Origin: a virus
Lineage: Duplodnaviria; Heunggongvirae; Uroviricota; Caudoviricetes
Virus record (IMG/VR): IMGVR_UViG_2737471849_000009
DNA length: 28,335 nt
Direction: 5' to 3' (one strand)
This document shows positions 1 to 7,754 of this stretch, piece by piece (the first letter of the stretch is position 1; each line of letters starts with the position of its first letter). A model generated the notes under the pieces. It had not been told where the DNA came from, ran no database searches, and worked only from the letters and a program-made list of their open reading frames with translations. Both the position numbers and the translations under genes were made by a program.

Positions 1-74
1 CCCGTAACGCCTCTGCCACGCGCGTAACGTGACAGGGATTAAAGGTAAACCAATTGATTTTGCAAGTTTTTATT

Positions 75-1361
75 TTACCCCGCTTTCTTATGGGGCATGC
101 ATGGGACACTTTCAGATAGTCTTCTGTTAAGAAGTTCTATTTGTTCGTGATTGTTGTCTTTCATCCATGCTCCGTAAACATTGAATACCATTTGTGCGTT
201 TGTGTGGCCCATCTGGCTCGCGATAAAACTAGGATTAGCTCCTGCGGCAAGTGACCAGCATGCATAGGTATGCCTGGATTGATACGATTTTCTGTGTCTC
301 AGACCTGCGCGTTTTAAGATACTTGTCCATGACTCCCTGATGGAGTCAACCTTATAGTGCGGTCCGGAAAACTGCCGTTGTTTTATTACCTGAGGACTAA
401 AAACAAAAGTGCATTTATGCACAGTACTTCTCCCATATTCCCTCTGCTTTACCTCTACAGAATGCTGTTTTCCAAGCATGGTCATTTCCGCTTGGCTTTT
501 AAGAGCATCAATAGCTGGTTGAACTAGATGAATCGTTCTTCCGGTACCAGCATCAGTTTTTGGTGGAGTGAATTCGCCTAGTTTTGTATAATTCCGGCGG
601 ATGGTTATAGTCCTCGCTTTAAGGTCTATATCTTCCCAGGCCAGTGATACCAGCTCCCCGTGACGAATACCCGTGTATACAGCGATAATCCACAGGTTTT
701 TTGTTTGTTGATGACGGCAAGCCTCAATAAAACGAATAAATTCGTCACGGGTGAGGGGATCTGGTTCTATCTTGGACTTTTTTAATGGTGTCAGACCGTT
801 AAATGGATTTCCTGATGTATAACCATTATCTGTTGCAAATTGAAACATTCCAGCTATGGTTGTCATATAGTAGTTTACTGTGACCACTGAGCGTCCTTTT
901 ATGGAAGAAATTTTTCCGTTAGAAAGCTTTTGATAACCGGTCAACAGATCTCTCCTTACGAAAAGCAAATCCTCTTTTGTTACAGATGAAACCAGTCTTT
1001 TTTCACCTAACATTGGCAACATGTTTTTAATTACTGACTGGTAACGGTTAAGTGCATTTGCACAAATCTCTATTTTCTTCAGTTCAAGCCATCTTTCCGA
1101 AAGTGCTTTAATGGTTATCTCTCTTTTCCCCAGACCAAAGTGTTTCAGGTTAGGGGACTCAGGGAACTGTGCTGCATAGTCGAAACTCCCCATTCTGATT
1201 GCAAAACAAACGGAAGTGCGGAGGTCACCTGCGATTTTCCGGTTTTTGGCGGTGTCAGGAACACCGAGGTTTTCTCTGACACGTTTGCCGTTATAGTGAA
1301 ACCATATGCGGAGTGATCCGCCATGATTTTCAACGCCTGTTGGGTATGATGTATTACTCAT
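75..1361 (-). CDS. int: Phage integrase, tyrosine recombinase (Rac IntR-like)
   Basis: 428-aa ORF with C-terminal catalytic signature (IRHGELVSLAWEDIDL; RHTYACWSLAAGANPSFIASQMGH; NVYGAW) and N-terminal arm-binding-like segment (GSLRIWFHYNGKRVRENLG); recalled similarity to E. coli Rac-type integrases; terminal position next to an excisionase-like gene. Confidence 0.9.
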   Translation of the reverse strand: MSNTSYPTGVENHGGSLRIWFHYNGKRVRENLGVPDTAKNRKIAGDLRTSVCFAIRMGSFDYAAQFPESPNLKHFGLGKREITIKALSERWLELKKIEICANALNRYQSVIKNMLPMLGEKRLVSSVTKEDLLFVRRDLLTGYQKLSNGKISSIKGRSVVTVNYYMTTIAGMFQFATDNGYTSGNPFNGLTPLKKSKIEPDPLTRDEFIRFIEACRHQQTKNLWIIAVYTGIRHGELVSLAWEDIDLKARTITIRRNYTKLGEFTPPKTDAGTGRTIHLVQPAIDALKSQAEMTMLGKQHSVEVKQREYGRSTVHKCTFVFSPQVIKQRQFSGPHYKVDSIRESWTSILKRAGLRHRKSYQSRHTYACWSLAAGANPSFIASQMGHTNAQMVFNVYGAWMKDNNHEQIELLNRRLSESVPCMPHKKAG

Positions 1362-1394
1362 TAAACCTCCCAGACGTCCAGGAGCATTAACAGG

Positions 1395-1649
1395 TTAACC
1401 GGAACTTGCATTTTTAACACCTGGTTGTTTCTGATTTTCGATCCAGCGCATAATTTCCTCTATGTTGTATACGCATTCACTGTTGCTCTTCGGAATTCCA
1501 TCGACAGCGTAATGTCGATATTCTTTCCCCTGTAGCCATGATTTTTTCCTGGCTCGCTCAATGGTGCCTGGTTTTAGCCCTGTCGAAGCAATGAGGGTGC
1601 TTTCTGTACACCATTTACTTGGTGTTATTTGATAGATGATTGTCTGCAT
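1395..1649 (-). CDS. xis: Excisionase-like small DNA-binding protein
   Basis: 84-aa basic ORF immediately upstream of and co-oriented with int; size and position typical of a lambdoid Xis; family assignment by position, not by a recognised motif. Confidence 0.55.
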   Translation of the reverse strand: MQTIIYQITPSKWCTESTLIASTGLKPGTIERARKKSWLQGKEYRHYAVDGIPKSNSECVYNIEEIMRWIENQKQPGVKNASSG

Positions 1650-1656
1650 GTCAACC

Positions 1657-1803
1657 TCATAAAACTTTCAGCCCACGGCAGTGGCACCACACCTCAAACA
1701 TTCGTTTCACAACTTCACGGCAGTAGAAACCGTCAACATCTCGCGTCAGGTCATAACGATTGCCGTAACGCTGGCGTACCCATAGCTCAAACGCTTTATT
1801 CAT
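1657..1803 (-). CDS. Hypothetical small protein (48 aa, MNKAFELWVRQRYGNRYDLTRDVDGFYCREVVKRMFEVWCHCRGLKVL)
   Basis: Hand-translated ORF below the 60-aa cutoff of the supplied track; fills the gap between xis and the upstream gene and starts 4 nt after the upstream stop. Confidence 0.3.
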   Translation of the reverse strand: MNKAFELWVRQRYGNRYDLTRDVDGFYCREVVKRMFEVWCHCRGLKVL

Positions 1804-1806
1804 TCG

Positions 1807-2049
1807 CTACTTCCTTTTCATGGCTCGTAATTTTTTCAGATGAGCTTCCTGCTCTGTTTCTGCCAGAATTTGTCGGTATTCCTGGTGATCGATCCGTTCA
1901 AACGATTCATTAAAATCGTTCATTTTTACCGATTGTGTTCGCCCATCCATTCTTCTGTACAACACGGTGTTATTTATGCAGCGAATAATTTTTACCGGGT
2001 AACCGGCACTGTCGGTATACAGTTGTCCCTGATTAATCAAAGCAAACAT
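1807..2049 (-). CDS. Hypothetical early-left protein (80 aa from internal ATG; ORF extends to 2172)
   Basis: Internal ATG at 2047-2049 has an AGGAGA Shine-Dalgarno 6 nt upstream and avoids the 92-nt overlap that the 121-aa ORF would have with the upstream gene. Confidence 0.4.
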   Translation of the reverse strand: MFALINQGQLYTDSAGYPVKIIRCINNTVLYRRMDGRTQSVKMNDFNESFERIDHQEYRQILAETEQEAHLKKLRAMKRK

Positions 2050-2080
2050 TTTTTCTCCTGCTCTCTGAATAGTGAGAACT

Positions 2081-2458
2081 TCAGAGCCGTATGTTTGTAG
2101 CGGGTTCAATACTGATAATTTCTGCTGAGATAAGCATCCCGGCAAGCCAGAGTTCTCCGGACAGGTCTTCATCCTGACATATCAGTTCGCCAATATTAAT
2201 GGTGGCCATGATATCTGTTTCCCCTGTGCGCTCATCCTCGACTTCTTCATAAGGCAGCGTTGCGTACAGGCTTTCAATAGCGCAACTGATAACATCCAGT
2301 CCGGTCAGATTGCCGCCGACAGTAACTTCGAATGTTTCGCGGTATTCCCATAGTCCGAAAGTTAATCGAACGGTTTGTTTTGCCATGCGTCCGCATGACG
2401 TCAGATTCGGGTCATAGTTCATTATTTGCGGTTGAGTATTCTGGGTGTTCATCTGCAT
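2081..2458 (-). CDS. Hypothetical early-left protein (about 125 aa)
   Basis: ORF 2081..2527 trimmed to the ATG cluster at 2453-2458, preceded by AAGGGA; the longer version would run through the intercistronic hairpin at 2467-2485. Confidence 0.4.
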   Translation of the reverse strand: MQMNTQNTQPQIMNYDPNLTSCGRMAKQTVRLTFGLWEYRETFEVTVGGNLTGLDVISCAIESLYATLPYEEVEDERTGETDIMATINIGELICQDEDLSGELWLAGMLISAEIISIEPATNIRL

Positions 2459-2466
2459 TTCCCTTA

Positions 2467-2485
2467 GCCCGGCGGCCTGCCGGGC
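2467..2485 (-). other. Intercistronic stem-loop (GCCCGGC-GGCCT-GCCGGGC)
   Basis: Perfect 7-bp inverted repeat with 5-nt loop between the SPFH gene stop and the next start; no U-tract on the minus strand, so not a canonical intrinsic terminator. Confidence 0.4.
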
Positions 2486-2492
2486 ATATAAG

Positions 2493-3320
2493 TTATTTAA
2501 TCTGGATAAATGGTGTATTGGCACCACTGGTCATGTATTGCGGCAGTGTACCGTTCCACTTGTTGATGGCTTCCAGCTCCATGACGCCTGGGTTCTGGCG
2601 TAGAGCTTCGCCGCGTAAACGAATGGCATCGGCTTCTGCCTGGGCTTTTGTTCGAATGGCATCAGCCTGTCCGGCAGCTTCCGCACGTAGCATGTTGGCC
2701 TCCGCTTCACGTTGCTTGACTTCCTGCTCGCGCTGCAGGGTTTTCTGGTTTGCCGTGACTTTGGCATTAATGCTGTCGATAACGGTTGGCGGGTACTCCG
2801 GCTTACCCACATATGAGAGGCTCATTACCTGAATACCGATAGGTGTCATCTCTGCCTGAATGTCTTTAAGAGCTTCATCCAGCAGCTCAGACTTGCCGCC
2901 GTCGATAAATTTGTCAGTGGTCATTTGGCTGGCCAGTCGGTTGAGTGCGTCGGCGATCTTCTGGCGCAGGTCAGTGTCGGTAATGTCATCCACGCCTTTG
3001 CGGTAGGTCTGAAACACCGTGGTAACTTTGGATGGATCAACTTTGTAGGCCACGCCAATGTGATAGCCGATGGTTGTACCGTCACTCATCTGGAAACTGA
3101 ACGGTTCATCGTAGGTCTTCATTTGTTTGAAGGTGGGGAAGATATAAACTTCAGTATTCCAGCCAGTCCAGTAGCGACCAACACCGACCACCTCACCGAC
3201 GCCTTTGTCGTCGCCCAGTTTATTTACCTTGATGCCAACATTACCTGGTTCAACGCGATCGCAACCGACAAGGCCAATAGTCGGCAGAACAATGGCTAAA
3301 GCAAAAATAATTTTTTTCAT
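2493..3320 (-). CDS. SPFH/band-7 (prohibitin/HflC-like) family lipoprotein
   Basis: 275 aa; N-terminal signal peptide with lipobox LVGC; C-terminal Ala/Glu/Arg-rich coiled-coil segment (QREQEVKQREAEANMLRAEAAGQADAIRTKAQAEADAIRLRGEA) typical of SPFH proteins. Confidence 0.75.
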   Translation of the reverse strand: MKKIIFALAIVLPTIGLVGCDRVEPGNVGIKVNKLGDDKGVGEVVGVGRYWTGWNTEVYIFPTFKQMKTYDEPFSFQMSDGTTIGYHIGVAYKVDPSKVTTVFQTYRKGVDDITDTDLRQKIADALNRLASQMTTDKFIDGGKSELLDEALKDIQAEMTPIGIQVMSLSYVGKPEYPPTVIDSINAKVTANQKTLQREQEVKQREAEANMLRAEAAGQADAIRTKAQAEADAIRLRGEALRQNPGVMELEAINKWNGTLPQYMTSGANTPFIQIK

Positions 3321-3505
3321 CTTTTATCCTTAGTGAAAGAAAGACCCTTGTAAATGGCATAAATGCAGGGCGGGGTCAGAAACGCCAGTGCAAAGCCAGA
3401 AATAACTGCTATCGTATCCTTCATGGATATAAGGAACGGAACGAGTAATCCGTAAATGCATGCGATAATTGCCAGTAAAATTACTATTGTGAAATACAGT
3501 CTCAT
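3317..3505 (-). CDS. Small membrane protein (62 aa, two predicted TM helices)
   Basis: Hydrophobic ORF whose stop overlaps the SPFH start in an ATGA arrangement, implying translational coupling. Confidence 0.5.
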   Translation of the reverse strand: MRLYFTIVILLAIIACIYGLLVPFLISMKDTIAVISGFALAFLTPPCIYAIYKGLSFTKDKR

Positions 3506-3528
3506 TGGTCTGTGGTATCCCGATATTT

Positions 3529-3636
3529 TTAACCGACTGACAGCGCAATAAAGAGAATAATGATTTCAGTTAGTGTCAGTACTGTGGCAAGGATTAAAAT
3601 CAGTTTTACTCTGTTTAATTCACGGTTGCTTTTCAT
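3529..3636 (-). CDS. Putative single-TM micropeptide (35 aa, MKSNRELNRVKLILILATVLTLTEIIILFIALSVG)
   Basis: Hand-translated ORF directly downstream of the candidate promoter/palindrome at 3658-3693; no clear Shine-Dalgarno, so speculative. Confidence 0.2.
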   Translation of the reverse strand: MKSNRELNRVKLILILATVLTLTEIIILFIALSVG

Positions 3637-3657
3637 ATAAACGGTTGGTAAAAGATG

Positions 3658-3693
3658 GAAGAATTATATTCTTCTTAATATTTAATGTGTCAC
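3658..3693 (-). promoter_or_regulatory. Candidate promoter with palindromic operator (GAAGAAT-N3-ATTCTTC) overlapping a TATAAT -10
   Basis: Perfect 7-bp inverted repeat at 3658-3674; on the minus strand its centre reads TATAAT, with GTGACA about 19 nt upstream as a possible -35; sits just upstream of the membrane/SPFH genes. Confidence 0.4.
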
Positions 3694-4263
3694 TGGCGCT
3701 TCTGGCATACCATGAGTATTCAGGTCGTTCATCATTTCATCCAGAAGGAGTTCAAGCCCTTCGCGCCCCATAGCAGAAATAATGAAACCATTATCAGGAT
3801 CTGCGATGAGCATTTTTTGATAGAGAAACAGAACTCGCCCCATGCCTTCAGCTTCGCCATATTTTTCAATAAATCCCCATTCGACGTGGTTTTGCAGGGC
3901 AATACGAAGTGGTCCGGGGTAGATACTCAGGCAACCATGTTTACCCTTGTAAATAACCGCGTGATCTGTAGTTCCGTTATCGTTAGGGATATCAACGGTA
4001 CCGTTCTTGTCTTTCTCTTCATTTATAAACGTAGTCACATACAGCCATCGCCACTGAGCAACCTTCATATCGACTGAAAATCGTCCCAGCAACCCTGCAT
4101 CATCGGCTTCTGCAATACATTGCATGATTCTTAAACCGTGTGAGTTTGGATAATCGTATTCACCATCATTAAGCCGCTGTACGGCCTCAACATAATCAAT
4201 GGTTGTATTGCCAATTTTTATGCCATGTGGCGTAACTTCTGGTCGGAACTCTGAATGATTCAT
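3682..4263 (-). CDS. Hypothetical protein (193 aa from ATG 4261-4263)
   Basis: ORF 3682..4320 trimmed to the Met with AAGGAG 9 nt upstream; its start overlaps the stop of the upstream 62-aa ORF (TTATGA); no recognisable motif. Confidence 0.5.
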   Translation of the reverse strand: MNHSEFRPEVTPHGIKIGNTTIDYVEAVQRLNDGEYDYPNSHGLRIMQCIAEADDAGLLGRFSVDMKVAQWRWLYVTTFINEEKDKNGTVDIPNDNGTTDHAVIYKGKHGCLSIYPGPLRIALQNHVEWGFIEKYGEAEGMGRVLFLYQKMLIADPDNGFIISAMGREGLELLLDEMMNDLNTHGMPEAPVTH

Positions 4264-4448
4264 AATGTTTGCTCCTTTGCTGGTGGAATAATCGTGTAGC
4301 CAGCTCTTTTTGCCATCCACAGAAATGTATCCATGCAGCCAACGAATTCATTATCCAACAGATGTTTTGAGTAAATTACTTCACCATTTTCAATGGTTAG
4401 CAACACTCTTACTTTTTTATGTGTTATGTTTTGTTGTTTTTCTTTCAT
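4260..4448 (-). CDS. Hypothetical small protein (62 aa)
   Basis: ORF with GGAGA Shine-Dalgarno upstream of the ATG; translationally coupled to the downstream 193-aa gene. Confidence 0.45.
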   Translation of the reverse strand: MKEKQQNITHKKVRVLLTIENGEVIYSKHLLDNEFVGCMDTFLWMAKRAGYTIIPPAKEQTL

Positions 4449-4644
4449 TTATTTATCTCCCATATGCTTTGCGCAAATACAGGTTGGCTATATGAAGATA
4501 AGAATCTCCATGTTGTGCAATGAGGCAGGCAGTTTTATACGATGCCTTATGTTTCAGGAAAGTCATAACATAATCTCCTGCGAATAAAGGTTGCAACAAT
4601 CCCCGGCGATAAAACCGTAATAAACATTCAGTGAATATTTATTG

Positions 4645-4845
4645 TTATTGCGCTAATTCTTTTTTGACTGCAGCTTTCGAATATTCACATGCAAAAGACA
4701 GGATTTCATCACCTAATGTTTTTGCATTCTGATTATTTGACATCTGTAAAACTTGCGCAGCGCACAACAGACTATGAATGTTTATTGCAAATGAATTCGA
4801 TGCCAGACAAATACCTTCGAAATTGTCATGGATATTACTATTCAC
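4645..4845 (-). CDS. Hypothetical small protein (66 aa, GTG start)
   Basis: GTG start with AAGGAG 9 nt upstream that overlaps the stop codon of the preceding HTH gene. Confidence 0.4.
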   Translation of the reverse strand: MNSNIHDNFEGICLASNSFAINIHSLLCAAQVLQMSNNQNAKTLGDEILSFACEYSKAAVKKELAQ

Positions 4846-4850
4846 TGCTG

Positions 4851-5303
4851 TTACTCCTTTGCAGCATTGCTACCAGTCAATAACCACATCGGATCGCAGC
4901 CAAGAATATTTGCCAGTGGGATAAGCATACTGATAGTTGGTTCATACTCTCCGCTCTCCCACTGGATGATGATTTCTTCATCAAGAGCGAGCAGCCTGGC
5001 GAGTTCGGCTGTTGTTAAGCCGCAGGCTTCGCGTTGGGTGCGAAGGTTAACCAGCCAGCTTTCAGGGAAGGATTGTTTTTGTTGTGCAGGAGAAGCAGCA
5101 GATAGAGCATATTCATGGATAAATTCCATTACCTCAATGCCCAGTTCCTTTGAGCGAGCACAATCCAGAAGATGGAATGTGCGTACAGCACTTAGCAAAT
5201 TTGCAATATTTAATGCAAAGGAATCAAGTTCTAAGCCCTTAAGCGTAACACAGCCGCAGTTGATAAAATTAGTTGTTTCTGGAGTTGCTTTTAGTGTCTT
5301 CAT
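4851..5303 (-). CDS. HTH (XRE-type) domain protein with uncharacterised N-terminal domain
   Basis: 150 aa; C-terminal segment LTTAELARLLALDEEIIIQWESGEYEPTISMLIPLANILGCDPMWLL matches the XRE helix-turn-helix pattern; first gene after the pL-like promoter. Confidence 0.55.
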   Translation of the reverse strand: MKTLKATPETTNFINCGCVTLKGLELDSFALNIANLLSAVRTFHLLDCARSKELGIEVMEFIHEYALSAASPAQQKQSFPESWLVNLRTQREACGLTTAELARLLALDEEIIIQWESGEYEPTISMLIPLANILGCDPMWLLTGSNAAKE

Positions 5304-5356
5304 ATATCCACCAACAATTTTAAATTGAATTAAATCAAGTTATAATTGATGGTGCG

Positions 5357-5385
5357 ATATTATGCTTTGGGAAATAGGCTGTCAA
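5357..5385 (-). promoter_or_regulatory. pL-like sigma70 promoter (TTGACA-N17-TAATAT) for the leftward accessory operon
   Basis: Minus strand reads cTTGACAgcctatttcccaaagcaTAATATcg: consensus -35, 17-nt spacer, near-consensus -10; positioned between the cI terminator and the first early-left gene as in lambda. Confidence 0.55.
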
Positions 5386-5412
5386 GAAAAAATTGATATC
5401 GTATATTTCAGG

Positions 5413-5438
5413 CAGAAAAAAAACGGGCAAAGCCCGTT
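5413..5438 (-). terminator. Intrinsic terminator downstream of the repressor gene (bidirectional shape)
   Basis: Hairpin CGGGC-aaa-GCCCG flanked by an A8 run on one side and T-rich sequence on the other; on the minus strand the stem is followed by U8, 12 nt after the cI stop. Confidence 0.55.
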
Positions 5439-5449
5439 AAAATCAAAGA

Positions 5450-6139
5450 CTAACCAAATCTGTTTATGTTGAATGGTACTGATGAGATCACTTTAGACTG
5501 GATATAAAGCAGAGCTAACCCCTCTTTTTCGATGCTCCATGGTTGATAATTGGGGTTATCAGATAACACCATGATTTTGCTTCCAATTTTTTGAAGCCTT
5601 TTCACGTAGCATTCTCCATCAAAACAAAATGCATAAATACCATCGCCATCAAAATAAGTTACTGTCTTATCAAGAAAAAGAAGGTCGCCAGGTGAGATTG
5701 TGGGAGCCATACTGTCTCCTCTGGCGTTACCTATTTCTATATTTTTGAATGCCCGATTTCCAACAAGACGTCGGGCATATTCAGGATCAAGTTCTATTGA
5801 GCGCACTACATCTATCAAGTCACCACGGACATGAGTTCCATCACCGCAACTGAACTCAACATCAAGGACATTAAACACGACGCTATCTGTTCTTGTCTGG
5901 TGTTTCTCTGGCGAGGAGAAGGTCGGTGAGGGGTCTTCACCTAAGAACCAGGATTGTGGATAACCGCTAATCTCTGATAACTGCGCAAGCTTATCACTCC
6001 GTGGAAATGTCTTTCCTGTTGTCCAGTACTGCACTGATTGCGCACTCACACCTAACTTACGGGCCAGTTGAGCTTGAGTCCATCCTTTTGCTTTCAGCAT
6101 CGCGGCTATACGATTTTCCGTGTTTTTGACGTTCTTCAT
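5450..6139 (-). CDS. cI: CI-like prophage repressor (HTH plus LexA-like S24 peptidase domain)
   Basis: 229 aa; N-terminal HTH (WTQAQLARKLGVSAQSVQYWTTGK); C-terminal peptidase motifs GDSMAPT (Ser) and VKRL (Lys); divergent from a Cro-like gene. Confidence 0.85.
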   Translation of the reverse strand: MKNVKNTENRIAAMLKAKGWTQAQLARKLGVSAQSVQYWTTGKTFPRSDKLAQLSEISGYPQSWFLGEDPSPTFSSPEKHQTRTDSVVFNVLDVEFSCGDGTHVRGDLIDVVRSIELDPEYARRLVGNRAFKNIEIGNARGDSMAPTISPGDLLFLDKTVTYFDGDGIYAFCFDGECYVKRLQKIGSKIMVLSDNPNYQPWSIEKEGLALLYIQSKVISSVPFNINRFG

Positions 6140-6272
6140 GACCAGGTCCTGTGGGTTTCTTTACAAGGATAAATCTTTACTTGATTTTAGTGTATTCGAT
6201 CCTTTTGCAACTTGCATGTTAATTTAATCTTGATATATTCTTGATTCATAAAGTTAATATTGGTGCTTTGTT
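6140..6272. promoter_or_regulatory. Divergent promoter/operator region between cI-like and Cro-like genes
   Basis: 133-bp AT-rich intergenic region with three direct CTTGAT repeats (about 6192, 6229, 6240) and a TAATAT -10-like hexamer; the CTTGAT motif recurs next to the pL-like promoter. Confidence 0.5.
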
Positions 6273-6572
6273 ATGAAAGGAAATGATTACGACAAACTTC
6301 GTACATTAATTGCGCAAAATGCCATAGCGCGAAATCTTGGTGTGACGCCGCAAGCGGTGAATCAGTGGTTTTCAAAAAACACAATTCCTGCTCGTTTTGT
6401 TTTACGCGTATGTGAAGTAGTTGCATGGAAGGTCACGCCACATGGCTTAAGGCCAGATCTTTATCCTCACCCTGAAGATGGAATTCCTGATTCGTTACGC
6501 AAAATTTCAAATCCAAGCCTAGCGCGCACGGAAGATGGGCAGAGTGATTCATCAGAAATGTCCACGCGATGA
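6273..6572 (+). CDS. Cro-like HTH regulator (YdaS-type)
   Basis: 99 aa; HTH segment IARNLGVTPQAVNQWFSKNTIP; divergent from cI across the operator region. Confidence 0.65.
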   Translation: MKGNDYDKLRTLIAQNAIARNLGVTPQAVNQWFSKNTIPARFVLRVCEVVAWKVTPHGLRPDLYPHPEDGIPDSLRKISNPSLARTEDGQSDSSEMSTR

Positions 6573-6648
6573 ACGGTTACTGAACGAAAAAAGAAAAGCC
6601 GGGCCGCACTCCGTCAGCCCGACTTATTCTGATTAGTAAGGGGATTTC

Positions 6649-7509
6649 ATGATGATCAATAAACAAAAATTAGTCAACCCTGAAAACCTGCCAGTGATTG
6701 AGTGGCAGGGGGTACGCGTAGTTACCACTGAAACGCTGGCGGCGGGATATGGCACGGATGAAGCTAATATCCGTAAAAATCTGTCGCGCAATCTTGAGCG
6801 CTTTGAAGATGGGAAACATTATTTTCTTTTAACTGGTGATGCCCTGAAAGCATTTAAGGACAGAGTGACTATTGGTCACTCTGTTGGAAGAAATGCGCGT
6901 TCACTCACTCTCTGGACAGAACGCGGCGCTGCCCGCATGTCAAAAATCGTCGATACAGACGAGGCCTGGTCGTTCTTCGAAAAAATGGAGCAGGCGTATT
7001 TTCGTAAAGCAACGCCTTCTTCAAACACTATTCCAGACTTTGACGATCCGATCGCTGCTGCTGAAGCGTGGATTGAAGCCAAAAAATCCGAACGCCTTGC
7101 TCTCGGGTATGCAGAGCGTCAGGCTCGCTACATCAGCAAACTCGAAAGCCATCTCGCCGATGGCATCACTCCTGTGCAGTTCTGCAAACAACTCAACGGT
7201 GTAAACACTCGTCAGATTAATGCGTTCCTTGAAGAGCGTAACTGGCTGTATGACGACCGTCCGGAGGCTATGTATCCGCGCTGGCGTGTAAAAGCGTATG
7301 CACGTGACCAATACCTGACTGAGCGTTCTGGGCAGGTTGAGCAGGAAAACGGGGAAATACGCGAGATTTTCAAACCACTCCTGAAGAAAAAAGGTGCCGC
7401 CTGGTTATATCGCCATTATCTGAACGGTGAACTACCGATGAAGAAAACATGGGATGGGCTGTTTACCCATAACACTGAGCTCGCGAATCTTTTACAGGAG
7501 AACAAATAA
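6649..7509 (+). CDS. Antirepressor (ORF6N-type N-terminal domain plus Ant/KilA-C-like C-terminal domain)
   Basis: 286 aa; N-terminal domain (LPVIEWQGVRVVTTETLAAGYG ... LTLWTERGAARMSKIVDTDEAWSFFEKMEQAYF) is paralogous to ORF 13301..13789; longer C-terminal domain typical of phage antirepressors. Confidence 0.75.
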   Translation: MMINKQKLVNPENLPVIEWQGVRVVTTETLAAGYGTDEANIRKNLSRNLERFEDGKHYFLLTGDALKAFKDRVTIGHSVGRNARSLTLWTERGAARMSKIVDTDEAWSFFEKMEQAYFRKATPSSNTIPDFDDPIAAAEAWIEAKKSERLALGYAERQARYISKLESHLADGITPVQFCKQLNGVNTRQINAFLEERNWLYDDRPEAMYPRWRVKAYARDQYLTERSGQVEQENGEIREIFKPLLKKKGAAWLYRHYLNGELPMKKTWDGLFTHNTELANLLQENK

Positions 7510-7718
7510 TGCAAACCAAGACGTGTGTAACTGGTGATGTCGATCTGAAACCTTGCCCGTTCTGCGGAAATCCGGAAGTACAACTCATTGAGGTGAAATA
7601 TTTTCTGGATGGCGATGATGGTTATTACGTCGCATGTACTTGCTGTAACGCAAACCAGATCCCTGATTCGAAAGAACGTGCTGTTCATGACTGGAATCAG
7701 CGCGAAAACGCGGATTGA
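7509..7718 (+). CDS. lar: Lar-family restriction alleviation protein (zinc-ribbon)
   Basis: 69 aa with CPFCG ... CTCC four-cysteine pattern typical of Lar/RalR-like proteins; start overlaps the antirepressor stop (TAATG). Confidence 0.6.
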   Translation: MQTKTCVTGDVDLKPCPFCGNPEVQLIEVKYFLDGDDGYYVACTCCNANQIPDSKERAVHDWNQRENAD

Positions 7719-7754
7719 CGGCGAGTAGGTACAAAATGATCCGCAACCAACATA

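Noticed and set aside
2332-2832. 166-aa plus-strand ORF and the 93-aa minus-strand ORF 2531..2812
   Set aside because: Both fall within the SPFH lipoprotein gene, whose frame has a signal peptide, lipobox and coiled-coil region; alternative-frame shadows.
4310-5328. Plus-strand ORFs (4310..4495, 4393..4587, 4689..4883, 4828..5328)
   Set aside because: Opposite to the coherent minus-strand operon with ribosome-binding sites and coupled stop/start codons; overlap promoter and terminator elements.
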